Shown here: piece after piece, positions 19,191 through 29,543 of the stretch | How positions within the stretch are numbered: position 1 is the first letter of the stretch | Layout: each line of letters begins with the position of its first letter | Origin: Cyanophyceae cyanobacterium | Lineage (GTDB): Bacteria > Cyanobacteriota > Cyanobacteriia > Cyanobacteriales > JBHJGN01 | Direction: 5' to 3' | DNA length: 37,918 nt | Assembly (NCBI GenBank): GCA_050331735.1 | Contig: JBHJGN010000035.1 | Span: forward strand, 1-37,918 | Position numbers and translations under genes: made by a program | Notes under the pieces: generated by a model | Seen by the model: the letters and a program-made list of their open reading frames with translations, nothing else | Told to the model about the DNA's origin: nothing | The model's database searches: none

Positions 19191-20660
19191 ATGAAGACCA
19201 TTGATTTAAGCGGAAAACCTTTCCATTTTATTGGAATTGGCGGAATTGGTATGTCAGCGCTGGCCTATATTTTAGCAAAGCGTCACATTCCAGTATCGGG
19301 TTCAGATCTTCGGGTTAACCATATTACTGAGCGTCTAGAGTCAGTGGGCGCTCGAATCTTTAGTCGTCAAGAAGACACTAATTTAGACATTTTTCAGTCA
19401 ACAGCCAATCAACGCCGGCCACTGTCGGCAACGGTCAGGGCTCAATCCTTCAGAGGGTCTTCTGGTGAAGCGAAAAGTTACTTAGAATCGTTACGTCCTC
19501 AAGTGGTTTGTTCTACCGCCATTAGCGCTAGTAACGTTGAGTACCAAGCGGCTGTGGAGCGAGGCTACGAAATTTTCCACCGTTCAGATCTCTTGGCGGC
19601 TTTGATTCAAAGCTATCACAGTATTGCTGTAGCAGGAACCCACGGCAAAACCACCACCAGTAGCTTGATTGCCTATATGTTACTCAAAGCCGGACTAGAC
19701 CCGACAATTATCATTGGGGGAGAGGTTGAAGCCTGGCAGGGAAATGCTCGGCTTGGTCAGAGCCGGTTGCTGGTCGCCGAAGCCGATGAATCGGATGGCT
19801 CTCTGGTCAAACATACACCGACTATTGGTGTCGTGACCAACGTTGAATTAGATCACCCGGACCACTATCAAACCCTAGAAGACGTCGTCGCGATTTTCCG
19901 CCGCTTTGCTGCTCAGTCTCAGACCTTAGTGGGCTGCATCGATGACGAAATCGTTCAGGAACTACAGCCAGACATCAGCTACAGCCTCAAGTCCGCTCAA
20001 AAAGCTGATTACTGGGTGACCCAGGTACGCTATCATTCCCAGGGCAGTACGGCTCAAGTTTGGGAACGCGGTCAGCTTCTCGGTAGGCTACAGCTTCCGC
20101 TGTTAGGTCAGCATAACCTGAGTAACGCGCTAGCTGCGGTGGCGGTGGGGCGGCAGGTTAGTCTGGGGTTTGAGGAGATCGCGTCAGCAATTGCCACTTT
20201 TAAAGGAGCCAAGCGACGTTTTGAAATCAAGGGAGAATGCCACGGCATCACGTTTGTCGATGATTACGCTCACCACCCCAGCGAAATTGCGGCGACTCTC
20301 GCGGCGGCCCGCCAGCAGCGAAACGCTCAGCGCACTGTAGCTATTTTTCAGCCCCACCGCTACAGCCGCACCGTCGCTTTCCTGGACGAATTTGCAACGG
20401 CCTTTAGCGATGCCGATCGGGTAATTGTTACCGATATCTATAGCGCTGGGGAAGTCAACCCAGGTCGAATTAGCGGACAACAGGTAGCTGAGGAGATCGC
20501 CCGTCATCACCCGCAGGTCTGCTATCATTCCTTCGCTACTCTGAAGGAGTGGTTGAGTCAGGAACTCAAACCGGGAGACTTGGCTCTGTTTTTAGGAGCG
20601 GGAAATCTTAACCAAGTTATTCCTACGGTGATGGCTGCTTGTTCTTCCCAAAACCAATGA
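19191..20660 (+). CDS. murC: UDP-N-acetylmuramate--L-alanine ligase
   Basis: HFIGIGGIGMSALA, AGTHGKTTTS, EADESDGS, DDYAHHP, FQPHRYSRT. ATG at 19191 (alternative GTG 19173). Confidence 0.96.
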   Translation: MKTIDLSGKPFHFIGIGGIGMSALAYILAKRHIPVSGSDLRVNHITERLESVGARIFSRQEDTNLDIFQSTANQRRPLSATVRAQSFRGSSGEAKSYLESLRPQVVCSTAISASNVEYQAAVERGYEIFHRSDLLAALIQSYHSIAVAGTHGKTTTSSLIAYMLLKAGLDPTIIIGGEVEAWQGNARLGQSRLLVAEADESDGSLVKHTPTIGVVTNVELDHPDHYQTLEDVVAIFRRFAAQSQTLVGCIDDEIVQELQPDISYSLKSAQKADYWVTQVRYHSQGSTAQVWERGQLLGRLQLPLLGQHNLSNALAAVAVGRQVSLGFEEIASAIATFKGAKRRFEIKGECHGITFVDDYAHHPSEIAATLAAARQQRNAQRTVAIFQPHRYSRTVAFLDEFATAFSDADRVIVTDIYSAGEVNPGRISGQQVAEEIARHHPQVCYHSFATLKEWLSQELKPGDLALFLGAGNLNQVIPTVMAACSSQNQ

Positions 20661-20766
20661 CGACAAAAACTAAAGATTTGATCAATAAACCTTGCTCTTT
20701 GGCAATAATAAGGTATGAAAGAAACGGCTGGTCCTACAGCCCCTACTCATCTAAACCGTTATTTCT

Positions 20767-21675
20767 ATGTTGTCCCCCGTTACGTTGCCCGGAAACAGCC
20801 GAATTATCCCTCATGTCAGCTTGGCAGACATGACTTCATGGCGAGTGGGGGGCCTCGCCCAGTGGTATGTTGCTCCTCGCAACTGGGAAGAGCTTCAGGC
20901 TAGTTTTGCCTGGTATCTCGACCAGGATTTACCCTTGACCCTGCTCGGTGCTGGCTCCAATTTACTTGTCAGCGATCGCGGCATTCCCGGTTTAGTCATT
21001 AGTACTCGTCATCTGCAATATAGTCAATTTGATGCTCAGACTGGCCTAGTGACGGCGGGGGCTGGCGAACCCATTGCTCGCTTAGCTTGGCGAGCGGCCA
21101 GAAAAGGCTGGCGAGGGTTGGAATGGGCCGTGGGCATTCCCGGAACCGTTGGAGGAGCAGTCGTCATGAACGCCGGAGCGCACAGTCAATGCACTGCCGA
21201 TGTCCTGACTAGTGTATCAGTGGCCTCAGCCACCGACCAAATCGAGCGTCTCACCCCTCAAGACCTCGACTATAGCTATCGCACGTCTAATCTTCAAGGG
21301 GCTCGTCGGCTCGTCGTGGAGGCTACCTTCCAGCTTCAGCCCGACTCAACCAAGGAAGCCGTGATGGCAACCACCAATCGCAATCTTAGACAGCGCAAAA
21401 ATTCTCAACCCTACCACATGCCGAGCTGCGGCAGCGTATTTCGGAATCCACAGCCTCACGCAGCGGGCTGGCTGATCGAACAAATTGGTTTAAAGGGATA
21501 TCAAATTGGAGACGCTCAGGTAGCTCACCGTCATGCTAACTTTATTCTTAACTGCGGTAGCGCCAAGGCGGACGATATTTTCCGTTTGATCCGCCATGTT
21601 CAAGAAAAAGTCGACCAGCACTGGTCTTTAACTCTAGAGCCAGAAGTACAGCTTCTAGGAGAGTTCTCGGTTTAG
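20767..21675 (+). CDS. murB: UDP-N-acetylenolpyruvoylglucosamine reductase
   Basis: LGAGSNLLV, GIPGTVGGAVVMNAGA, PSCGSVFRNP, HANFI, LEPEV. Confidence 0.96.
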   Translation: MLSPVTLPGNSRIIPHVSLADMTSWRVGGLAQWYVAPRNWEELQASFAWYLDQDLPLTLLGAGSNLLVSDRGIPGLVISTRHLQYSQFDAQTGLVTAGAGEPIARLAWRAARKGWRGLEWAVGIPGTVGGAVVMNAGAHSQCTADVLTSVSVASATDQIERLTPQDLDYSYRTSNLQGARRLVVEATFQLQPDSTKEAVMATTNRNLRQRKNSQPYHMPSCGSVFRNPQPHAAGWLIEQIGLKGYQIGDAQVAHRHANFILNCGSAKADDIFRLIRHVQEKVDQHWSLTLEPEVQLLGEFSV

Positions 21676-21793
21676 AACACTTGCGACTTGGACAAGAGAC
21701 ACTAACATGGATAGAAGTAGATTTAGCGGCCTGTTAGAACAAGTGTTGCTACTTCTTAACTAATGAAAAATTTACCTAAAATACCTACGAAAT

Positions 21794-22141
21794 ATGACCA
21801 ACCAAGGGAGAGGATTCGGACTCGGTTTAGGCAAAATGAAAGAGCTGGCTGCTGCCTTTCAAAAAGCTCAGCAGGTTCAAGAAGGAGCCAAGCAGCTCCA
21901 AGAAGAACTGGAGCAGATGGAAATTCAGGGGGAAAGCGGCGACGGTCTGGTGAAAGTGGTCATGAGCGGGAACCAAGAACCCCGTCGCGTGGAGATTGCG
22001 TCCGAGGCGATGGGCAAAAGTGCTGAGGAGCTTTCTGAGCTAGTCGGCAATGCCATGCAAGATGCCTACCAAAAATCGACCGACACGATGCGATCGCGGA
22101 TGGAAGAATTAACGAGTGGGTTAAATCTTCCTGGTATGTAA
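21794..22141 (+). CDS. ybaB: YbaB/EbfC nucleoid-associated protein
   Basis: KAQQVQ...[27 protein letters not shown]...[12 protein letters not shown]. Confidence 0.92.
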   Translation: MTNQGRGFGLGLGKMKELAAAFQKAQQVQEGAKQLQEELEQMEIQGESGDGLVKVVMSGNQEPRRVEIASEAMGKSAEELSELVGNAMQDAYQKSTDTMRSRMEELTSGLNLPGM

Positions 22142-22178
22142 ATAACTTCATTGGCTCGTGTTAGGAATTAGTGAGTGA

Positions 22179-22266
22179 GGGGAGAAGGGAAAACTGTCCC
22201 TCCGGAACGGGAAAAGCACCCAGGATTGAGGAAAAAATTGATCATCCCTCCTTTACCCTTTTCCCC
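22179..22266. repeat. Inverted repeat between convergent ybaB and MATE
   Basis: GGGGAGAAGGGAAAA (22179-22193) / TTTACCCTTTTCCCC (22252-22266); the right arm overlaps the MATE stop codon. Confidence 0.55.
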
Positions 22267-23599
22267 GCGCCTCGGTTGCTCCCCCTACGCTTACAGCGCT
22301 GTCTTTTAAGGTTTTCGGCACCTGAATGCCGAGAGTCAACATTCTTGCTGCCATAAAGAAGGTTAGGGCTAGCCAGAGCAGATGATTACTGCCCGTTTGC
22401 CAAGCAATCCAGGCTGCTGGAGCAAAACCTAACAGTGAGGAGCTCAGCGAAGAGTTACGGAGAATTAGACCTGCGGTTAATCCTAAAAAATAGCCGTCAA
22501 GCATATAGGCCAGGGAGCCAAACCCCAGCACTGGAAAGAGCCAGAGTACGTGGTTGCCAATTTGAGCAATAATCGTAGAGCGATCGGTGAGTAAGCCAAA
22601 CAGCGGACCCGGCAGCACGGCAAAGACCAGGGCAAAGCCCAAACCAATGCCCAAGCTGACTGCTCCTGAAAGCTTCACTAACGCTCGGAGCTGCTTGGTG
22701 TCTCCCTGACCGCGACAGTTGCCAGCAATGCTTTCGGTGGCAAAGGCTAACCCGTCGATGAAGTAGGCCCCTAGCGTGACCACCTGGAGCAGCAGCGTAT
22801 TGGCTACTAACACCTCGGTTCCCAAAGCAGCACCGAGATTGGTAAAAACGGCGAAGGTAGAAATCAGGGCGAGAGTCCGCACCATGATGTCTCGATTGAG
22901 AGTAAAAATAGCAGATAAGGCGGCTCGATTTGAGATGCGTGGGGCGAGCGCTCTCACTGTTTGCCATCGCAGTTCCCGACAAACCAGCAGAATCCCAACG
23001 GCTAAGGTTAAGTATTGACTGGCCGCTGTTGCCCAGCCCGCGCCTGCACTGGCCCAGTGTAGGCGCACAATAAAAAGATAGTTAAGGACGACGTTGACTC
23101 CTTTATCGAGCGCTGAGAGGAGCAGTACTTTTGTGCCCTGTTCTCGTCCAAGAAACCAGCCCAGCAGCACAAAATTAAGCAGCGTCGCCGGCGCTCCCCA
23201 AATCAGGGCGTTGTAGTAGTCTCTCCCTGCTGCCTTCACTTCTGGATCAGCACTGAGCAGGGCAAAGCCTAGTTCTCGCAGTGGCTGCTGCAACAACAGA
23301 ATAATTGCTCCAATACCAACCGCCGCCAGACCATGACGGAGTGCCGTCAGGATTACCTCATCTCCATCGCCTCGTCCAGCAGCCTGCGCCGTCGTTCCGG
23401 TGGTTCCCATGCGCAGAAACCCAAACGACCAGTAGATGTAGCTGAATAAAACTGCTGCCAGGGCCACTCCAGCGAGATGACGAATCTGTTCTAGATGTCC
23501 GAGAAAGGCAATATCAATCAGATTGGCGATCGGAACCATTAGGTTCGAGAGAATATTGACCGCAGAAAGTTCTAAAAAGCGACGGTTGAGGTGTTTCAT
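22253..23599 (-). CDS. MATE-family efflux transporter (DinF-like)
   Basis: NILSNLMVP...DIAFLGH, FGFLRMGTTG, YFIDGLAFATES; about 12 TM segments. ATG 23599 or TTG 23614. Confidence 0.9.
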   Translation of the reverse strand: MKHLNRRFLELSAVNILSNLMVPIANLIDIAFLGHLEQIRHLAGVALAAVLFSYIYWSFGFLRMGTTGTTAQAAGRGDGDEVILTALRHGLAAVGIGAIILLLQQPLRELGFALLSADPEVKAAGRDYYNALIWGAPATLLNFVLLGWFLGREQGTKVLLLSALDKGVNVVLNYLFIVRLHWASAGAGWATAASQYLTLAVGILLVCRELRWQTVRALAPRISNRAALSAIFTLNRDIMVRTLALISTFAVFTNLGAALGTEVLVANTLLLQVVTLGAYFIDGLAFATESIAGNCRGQGDTKQLRALVKLSGAVSLGIGLGFALVFAVLPGPLFGLLTDRSTIIAQIGNHVLWLFPVLGFGSLAYMLDGYFLGLTAGLILRNSSLSSSLLGFAPAAWIAWQTGSNHLLWLALTFFMAARMLTLGIQVPKTLKDSAVSVGGATEARGKG

Positions 23600-23615
23600 G
23601 ACTGGCAAGAGCAAG

Positions 23616-24050
23616 TTACGGGAGTCTGGTCATTCTGATGTGGGCAATTCCCGTTTTTTTTGAGGAATACTCAGAACCGTTTGGTTTAAAGCCTAACTTT
23701 TGATAGAATTCCATCGCTGAAGTTCTGGCCTCTAAAACCATTAATTTTGCCCGGTGTTGAGCGGCTAGTAAGATTAAAAATTGCAGGATTTGCTGGCCTA
23801 AACCTCGTCCTTGGTATTCAGGCTCAACAACCATTTGGGAAATCTGATCGTGATTAAGCTTTTGTGTCAATCTTCCGTAGGCAACGACTTTGCAATCAGC
23901 ACTGGTTATGACGGCATGAAAACTGTCAGTTTCGTCCTGGTCGAACAGAATTGTGAAGGGCAAATTGTGTTCGGCGAAAAAGGCCCGATAGCGTAGCTGG
24001 CAAGCTTGTTGGTATTCAGGCTGATGAGTGCCAATGAGTTTAACTGGCAT
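23616..24050 (-). CDS. GNAT-family N-acetyltransferase (ElaA-like)
   Basis: QMVVEPEYQGRGLG acetyl-CoA motif A, AMEFYQKLGF, HIRM. Confidence 0.88.
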   Translation of the reverse strand: MPVKLIGTHQPEYQQACQLRYRAFFAEHNLPFTILFDQDETDSFHAVITSADCKVVAYGRLTQKLNHDQISQMVVEPEYQGRGLGQQILQFLILLAAQHRAKLMVLEARTSAMEFYQKLGFKPNGSEYSSKKTGIAHIRMTRLP

Positions 24051-24083
24051 GACTGCCTATTCTGACTGCCAACATTGTCGTAC

Positions 24084-25811
24084 TTAATACGTCCGTTCCT
24101 GCGGCTCAAAGCGATTGACGACCACTGGCATATACTCTGTATCAATGCCTGCCGGGGAATAGTACGCTAAAGTATGCTTCAGGAAGTTCGCGTCATCGCG
24201 CTGCGGGTAATCTTCTCGCGAATGCGCTCCTCGGCTTTCTTTGCGGTGGAGTGCGGAGGTCAAAATGATTTCGCTGACAATTAGCAAATGCCCCAGTTCG
24301 AGAGCCTCGATCAGTTCGGTGTTCCAACAGGTATCTTTGTCGTCTAAATAAATATTGCTGTACTGCTGCTTGAGCTGGCGTAGTTTCTCCAAACCGGCCT
24401 CCATCACCTCTTCAGTCCGAAAAACGCTACAGTGTTCGCTCATGCAGTCCTGATACGCCTGACGAAGCTGGCTGATGCGCATTGTGCCTTGTTGAGCGAG
24501 GAGATTCTGTACTCTCTCCTTCGCAGTATCGAGATACCGTTGGGCATCAAATTCAGAAAACTTTCGTCCCTGAACGTACTGGGCGATCGCCGCCCCGGTT
24601 CGTCTTCCGTAGACCACACACTCCAGCAGAGAATTACTGCCTAAACGGTTGGCCCCGTGTACCGAAACGCAGGCGCATTCTCCAGCCGCAAAAAATCCTT
24701 CTACCAAGCTATCGGCACTGCGACGTACCTGTCCGTCGGTATTGACGGGAATGCCTCCCATCGAGTAGTGCGCCGTTGGACGCACGGGCATCGGTTCGTG
24801 AACGGCATCCACCCCCACTAAGCGATGAGCCTCTTCCCAACAGAAAGGCACTCGACTCATGATCTTTTCCTGTCCCATGTGGCGCAAATCTAAATATACA
24901 CAAGGACCGCCAGCACTGCCGTCAGGATGAATACCCCGGCCAGCGCGAATTTCGAGGGTAATGGCGCGGGAGGTAATGTCGCGGGGAGCGAGTTCCATCT
25001 GCTTTGGGGCATAGTGCGCCATAAAGCGATCGCCCTCGCTATTAATTAGGTAGGCTCCTTCTCCCCGCACGGCTTCGGAAATTAGCACCCCAACCCCGTA
25101 CAGCCCGGTGGGATGAAACTGCACGAACTCCATATCCTCTAGTGGAATCCCCGCGAGGGCAGACATGGCTAAGCCGTCTCCGGTGGAGGCAAAATCGTTA
25201 GAGGTGGTGTTGAACACTCTACCGTAGCCTCCGGTCGCGAACATCACTACTTTGGCCCGCACCACTTCGAGCCGGCTGTCGAGCAGATGCATCATGACCA
25301 CTCCCTTCGCCACCCCGTCCTCGGCGATGAGCTGCATCACGTACCATTCATCGTAAATATGGACTCCGTGATGGCGCAGATTATTGACTAGTTCGTGGAG
25401 AATCGCCTGTCCGGTTTTATCGGCAGCGTAGCAGGTACGTCGGTGCGAGTGTCCGCCGAAAGCCCGTTGAGCAATTCTGCCGTCTTCTAAGCGAGAGAAC
25501 AACACTCCCATGTGTTCCAGCTCGATAATCACTTCTGGGGCTTCTCGCGTCAGAATTTCCACCGCATCCTGGTCGGCCAGATAATCCGAGCCTTTCACGG
25601 TATCAAACGCATGAGCTTCCCAGCTATCTTGGGGATCGACGTTTTGGAGCGTGGCCGCAATGCCTCCTTGGGCGGCGACGGAATGGGAGCGAATCGGGTG
25701 AGTTTTCGCCACCAAAGCCACGTCTAGTTGGCGATCGCACCGCTTGATTTCTAAAGCAGCACGACTGCCTGCTAAACCACCGCCAACAATTACAATATCG
25801 TGTTCTCTCAT
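24084..25811 (-). CDS. sdhA: Succinate dehydrogenase/fumarate reductase flavoprotein subunit
   Basis: GGGLAG, RSHSVAAQGG (covalent FAD His), QFHPTG, SEAVRGEG, HGANRLGSNSL, ESRGAH. Confidence 0.95.
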   Translation of the reverse strand: MREHDIVIVGGGLAGSRAALEIKRCDRQLDVALVAKTHPIRSHSVAAQGGIAATLQNVDPQDSWEAHAFDTVKGSDYLADQDAVEILTREAPEVIIELEHMGVLFSRLEDGRIAQRAFGGHSHRRTCYAADKTGQAILHELVNNLRHHGVHIYDEWYVMQLIAEDGVAKGVVMMHLLDSRLEVVRAKVVMFATGGYGRVFNTTSNDFASTGDGLAMSALAGIPLEDMEFVQFHPTGLYGVGVLISEAVRGEGAYLINSEGDRFMAHYAPKQMELAPRDITSRAITLEIRAGRGIHPDGSAGGPCVYLDLRHMGQEKIMSRVPFCWEEAHRLVGVDAVHEPMPVRPTAHYSMGGIPVNTDGQVRRSADSLVEGFFAAGECACVSVHGANRLGSNSLLECVVYGRRTGAAIAQYVQGRKFSEFDAQRYLDTAKERVQNLLAQQGTMRISQLRQAYQDCMSEHCSVFRTEEVMEAGLEKLRQLKQQYSNIYLDDKDTCWNTELIEALELGHLLIVSEIILTSALHRKESRGAHSREDYPQRDDANFLKHTLAYYSPAGIDTEYMPVVVNRFEPQERTY

Positions 25812-25845
25812 AGGAATCTGCCGCTATTTTCGATTCAACGTCAAG

Positions 25846-26169
25846 TTAGGATACGTTTTCAGCAATCCACTGCAAATAGGCTTTCAAGCCAGCTACAATC
25901 GGTAGCGCCACAATTTCCGGAACTTCATACGAGTGAAGCTCTTGGACCTTAGCCGCCACCGTGTCAAATTTAGCCAAATCGGTTTTAATGATGAGCTGCC
26001 ACTCTTCATCGCGGTGGATTTTTCCCTGCCAGCTATAGACAGAATAAACAGGAGTGAGGCTAACGCAGGCGGCTAGCTGCGTCTCGACGAGTACTGAGGC
26101 AATTTTTTCCCCCTCGGCTCGAGACGGGGTAGTGAGCAGGACAACTCCATAGCGAGTCTCTTCTGGCAT
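25846..26169 (-). CDS. cutA: Divalent-cation tolerance protein
   Basis: LAACV, SVYSWQG, HSYEVPEI; ATG at 26169 preferred. Confidence 0.93.
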   Translation of the reverse strand: MPEETRYGVVLLTTPSRAEGEKIASVLVETQLAACVSLTPVYSVYSWQGKIHRDEEWQLIIKTDLAKFDTVAAKVQELHSYEVPEIVALPIVAGLKAYLQWIAENVS

Positions 26170-26191
26170 TTTTAATTCGTTGATAGCTAAC

Positions 26192-27034
26192 TTAAGCAAA
26201 AGACAGAGTCGATGGAACCTGTGTCATCACTGGGAGAATCGCGCCGTCGAGTAGCGCCTCTTCTAAAGAAGATAGCTCGAACAGTGCCAGCTCTAGATTG
26301 GCATCGCGGAGGTTTGCCTGCTGTAGCGTTGCCGCCGCTAAAATGGCTTGAGATAAATTGGCGCCTGCTAAGTCTGCTCCGGCTAAGCTACATCTGTGCA
26401 GGTGGGCTTTATGAAGATTAACTTTCCTTAAATTGGCTCGCTCTAGATTAGAATCGTTGAGCTTTGCTTCTTGAAGATTAACAGCTTCCAAGCAAGCGTC
26501 GCTGAGGTCTACCTGCTTCAAAAATGCCCGGCTCAGATTTGTGTTGCTGAAGCAGGTTCCCCCAAGTCTGGCACCAGACAATCTTGCTTCTCTTAAGTTG
26601 GACCATTTAAGATTAGCGCCTTCTAAGTTCGCTTCCCGCAGATTAATTCGCTGTAGGTTTGACCCACACAAGTTAGCGAACTTTAGGTTAGCTCCTCTAA
26701 GATTGACGTAAGATAGGTTCGCTCCGCTGAGCTTAGCCCCCGCTAGAACGCTCTTCACCATAAAAGCTCCGCTTAGATTCGCTTTCGTCAGCTCTGCTTC
26801 AGTAAGCGTTCCCTGGCTGATTTTTGTAAAGCGCAGGTCAGCCCAGTTGAGGCTGGCTCTGCTCAAATTTGACTGCGTGAGAAAAGCGCGACGGAGATTC
26901 ACCCCCATCAGGTTAGCTTCTGTAAAATCGACTCCAATAAGCGTAACACCCCCAAGATCGGCTCCTCTGAGGTCTATTCTTGAGAAATCTCGGTATCCTC
27001 GCTCATATAGTCTCAGGAGATGACTGACCTTCAT
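26192..27034 (-). CDS. Pentapeptide repeat protein
   Basis: YERGYRDF N-terminus followed by A(N/D)Lxx repeats throughout. Confidence 0.93.
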   Translation of the reverse strand: MKVSHLLRLYERGYRDFSRIDLRGADLGGVTLIGVDFTEANLMGVNLRRAFLTQSNLSRASLNWADLRFTKISQGTLTEAELTKANLSGAFMVKSVLAGAKLSGANLSYVNLRGANLKFANLCGSNLQRINLREANLEGANLKWSNLREARLSGARLGGTCFSNTNLSRAFLKQVDLSDACLEAVNLQEAKLNDSNLERANLRKVNLHKAHLHRCSLAGADLAGANLSQAILAAATLQQANLRDANLELALFELSSLEEALLDGAILPVMTQVPSTLSFA

Positions 27035-27081
27035 AAGTGTTATGCAAGCTAAATATCAACAATAGTTATTCTCGATTTAGT

Positions 27082-27990
27082 TTAGTTTCTCAGGCCAACT
27101 TCATCGTCAGTAGAAGCAGAAAGAGCATACACTTTACCATCCATCAGTAGTCGGGTAATGCCCTTCGCTTCAAGATAAGGACTGGTCCGCTCCAAAATCT
27201 GACCATCAGGAACTTTAATCACTCGCTGAGAGCGATTAGAAAAGCGCCGCGCTACTCGCTGATTATCGAACACAGGCAAGGTTTTTTGCTGCACTTCCGC
27301 GACTGGAATACTGCCTAGCTCGGCAAAGTCTTTGAGAGGACGAGTAATCAAATCAGCTCCACGGTCAATTACCAAATAACAGGTTCTTGGAAACGAAGCT
27401 GCCGATAACGGCAAGATTTGAAGGGCGGCGGCCTGCTCCGAAACAGTACTAATATGAGCCTCTAGCTCATCTTCCCAGTCTTCTTCGCTCTCATCGAGCT
27501 CGTCTTCTTCTAAGTCGGCTAAGTCCTCTCCGAGCATCGCCTGTAGGGTGGCAACGTTGACTTCATCGTTCGCGCTATCTCCGAGTTCCCGGTCTTGAGT
27601 GAGGTTTTCCCTCTCTGGGATGGGCGGAATCGTTTTTTTCGGTTTCGGTTTTGGGTCTTCGCTGGCATTCCCGTCTGGGAGCCGAGATTTTTTTGGCTTG
27701 GGTTTTGGAGACTCTGCCGCAGCAGGCGGCGGCGGAAAGCTAGCTTGTGCTTCGAGTGGTTGCGGCTGAGATTGAGCTGGCTTTTCGCTGCGGTTAGCCG
27801 TTCGACCGAGGCGCTTTTGCTGAATTAAATCTTCGTATTCCGCTGCCGACAAATTGCTCTTTAAAAATCGGCTGATGGTCGAACTACTGACTTCATAGCG
27901 CTCTGCTAGCGTAGAAGTCGTCTCTGGCGAACCTCGGTATAAAGAGAGAATTTCTTGTTTGTTAGACTCTGTTAACTTTCTAGGACTCAT
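27082..27990 (-). CDS. Conserved hypothetical protein with N-terminal helix-turn-helix
   Basis: ETTSTLAERYEVSSSTISRFLK HTH; Pro/Lys-rich then acidic linker; globular C-terminus (PRTCYLVIDR...LPVFDNQRVARRF...KGITRLL). Confidence 0.75.
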   Translation of the reverse strand: MSPRKLTESNKQEILSLYRGSPETTSTLAERYEVSSSTISRFLKSNLSAAEYEDLIQQKRLGRTANRSEKPAQSQPQPLEAQASFPPPPAAAESPKPKPKKSRLPDGNASEDPKPKPKKTIPPIPERENLTQDRELGDSANDEVNVATLQAMLGEDLADLEEDELDESEEDWEDELEAHISTVSEQAAALQILPLSAASFPRTCYLVIDRGADLITRPLKDFAELGSIPVAEVQQKTLPVFDNQRVARRFSNRSQRVIKVPDGQILERTSPYLEAKGITRLLMDGKVYALSASTDDEVGLRN

Positions 27991-28195
27991 AGTGACACAA
28001 CCAACCCACGTTTGCTCCTGCCCGTGTTCTGAGGCTTGACGCGCTCACTGTTAATCAGCGATGAGGGCAAACTTTAGGGCGGAGTCTGATTTGCTCGATC
28101 ACTAGTTTATCGCTTTCCCTCCGGGAAGCACTTAAACTGAACGAAGTAATCGTTAAACTTTATTACTTTAAACAGCACTCTATAAGGAATTAACC

Positions 28196-29344
28196 ATGCC
28201 GATTGCCCAGGCGACTCCTGCTCTACTCATGCTTGCCGATCGCTCTTGCTACCGAGGCTGGTCTTTTGGAGCGACCGGAACGGTGGTGGGAGAAGTGGTT
28301 TTTAATACGGGAATGACCGGATATCAAGAAGTTCTCACCGATCCCAGCTACTGCGGACAAATCGTGATTTTTACTTATCCAGAATTAGGCAACACTGGTG
28401 TTAATCCTGACGATGAAGAGTCGGTTCGTCCCCAGGTCAGAGGAGCTGTTGCCCGCAATATAACTTGGCGTCCTAGTAACTGGCGAGCGACTCAGTCACT
28501 TCCAGACTATCTCCAAGACCACACCATTCCCGGAATTTATGGACTAGATACCCGCGCCCTCACTCGCAAAATTCGTGCCAGTGGAGCCATGAATGGAGGA
28601 ATTTCCACCACCATTCTCGACCCTGATGAACTTTTTGCTAAAGTGCAGGCAGCTCCTAGCATGGCAGGGCTAAATTTAGTGCGAGAAGTCAGCACCAGGG
28701 AGATTTATGAGTGGACTGACCCAACCGACTCCCAGTGGGAGTTTCGACCAGTAAACAGCGCTGAGGTCAGTGAACCGCTCACGGTGGTAGCGATTGACTT
28801 TGGAATTAAGCGGAATATTCTCCGTCGTTTAGCAAGCTACGGCTGCCGTGTCATTGTTGTTCCTGCGGACACTCCAGCAGAAAAAATCTTTCACTACCGT
28901 CCCGACGGAATTTTTCTATCCAACGGGCCAGGAGACCCCGCTGCGAACCGAGATGGAATCGAGCTAACAAAAGCGCTGCTCAAAGAAGGCATGCCGACCT
29001 TTGGGATTTGTATGGGACATCAGATTTTAGGTCTTTCTTTGGGAGGAGAAACCTTCAAACTCAAATTTGGACACCGAGGTTTGAATCAACCAGCGGGGAG
29101 CGAACAGCAGGTAGAAATTACTAGCCAAAATCATGGTTTTGCGGTTGAGGCAAATTCTTTAGTTCCGGACGTCGAAATCACACACCTCAACCTCAACGAC
29201 CGTACCGTTGCTGGTCTGCGACACAAAACTCTGCCGGTTTTCTCGGTTCAGTATCATCCAGAAGCGAGTCCCGGTCCTCATGATGCTGATTACTTGTTTG
29301 ATGATTTCGTCCGGTCAATGCGAGAGCGGAAAATGCAGTCGTGA
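28196..29344 (+). CDS. carA: Carbamoyl-phosphate synthase small subunit
   Basis: [41 protein letters not shown]. Confidence 0.97.
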   Translation: MPIAQATPALLMLADRSCYRGWSFGATGTVVGEVVFNTGMTGYQEVLTDPSYCGQIVIFTYPELGNTGVNPDDEESVRPQVRGAVARNITWRPSNWRATQSLPDYLQDHTIPGIYGLDTRALTRKIRASGAMNGGISTTILDPDELFAKVQAAPSMAGLNLVREVSTREIYEWTDPTDSQWEFRPVNSAEVSEPLTVVAIDFGIKRNILRRLASYGCRVIVVPADTPAEKIFHYRPDGIFLSNGPGDPAANRDGIELTKALLKEGMPTFGICMGHQILGLSLGGETFKLKFGHRGLNQPAGSEQQVEITSQNHGFAVEANSLVPDVEITHLNLNDRTVAGLRHKTLPVFSVQYHPEASPGPHDADYLFDDFVRSMRERKMQS

Positions 29345-29543
29345 AGGGTGTGAGCGGGACAGGCAACTTCAGCTTGCTGACTGCATCTGTCTGCGGCAGT
29401 GCTTTTCTCAGGAAAGCGACACCTACAGGCGGAAGGTTGAGAGTTGGAACTTCGTGTTCTGCTATCCTTCGTCGCTTACAATTCGTTGGTTATAATTTAT
29501 AATTCAGTATGATTCGAGTAACAGTTAAGTTTAGGAGGAAGCC

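Noticed and set aside
19395..19500. Insertion in the MurC N-terminal domain
   Set aside because: A variable low-complexity loop at this position is, to my knowledge, common in cyanobacterial MurC.
21736..21749. LexA/SOS-like box (GAAC-N4-GTTG) upstream of ybaB
   Set aside because: Mismatched to the cyanobacterial GTAC-N4-GTTC-type consensus; too weak to support.
22253..24050. Toxin or secondary-metabolite cluster around MATE + GNAT (e.g. guanitoxin GntT-like transporter)
   Set aside because: No biosynthetic enzymes nearby; neighbours are sdhA, cutA and ybaB.
27082..27990. Transposase (suggested by the N-terminal HTH)
   Set aside because: No recognisable DDE, HUH or serine-recombinase catalytic motifs, and no terminal inverted repeats or target duplications seen.
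27991..28130. Possible riboswitch or ncRNA in the leader of the HTH gene
   Set aside because: No recognisable RNA family motif or convincing long stem by eye; an Infernal/Rfam scan would be needed.
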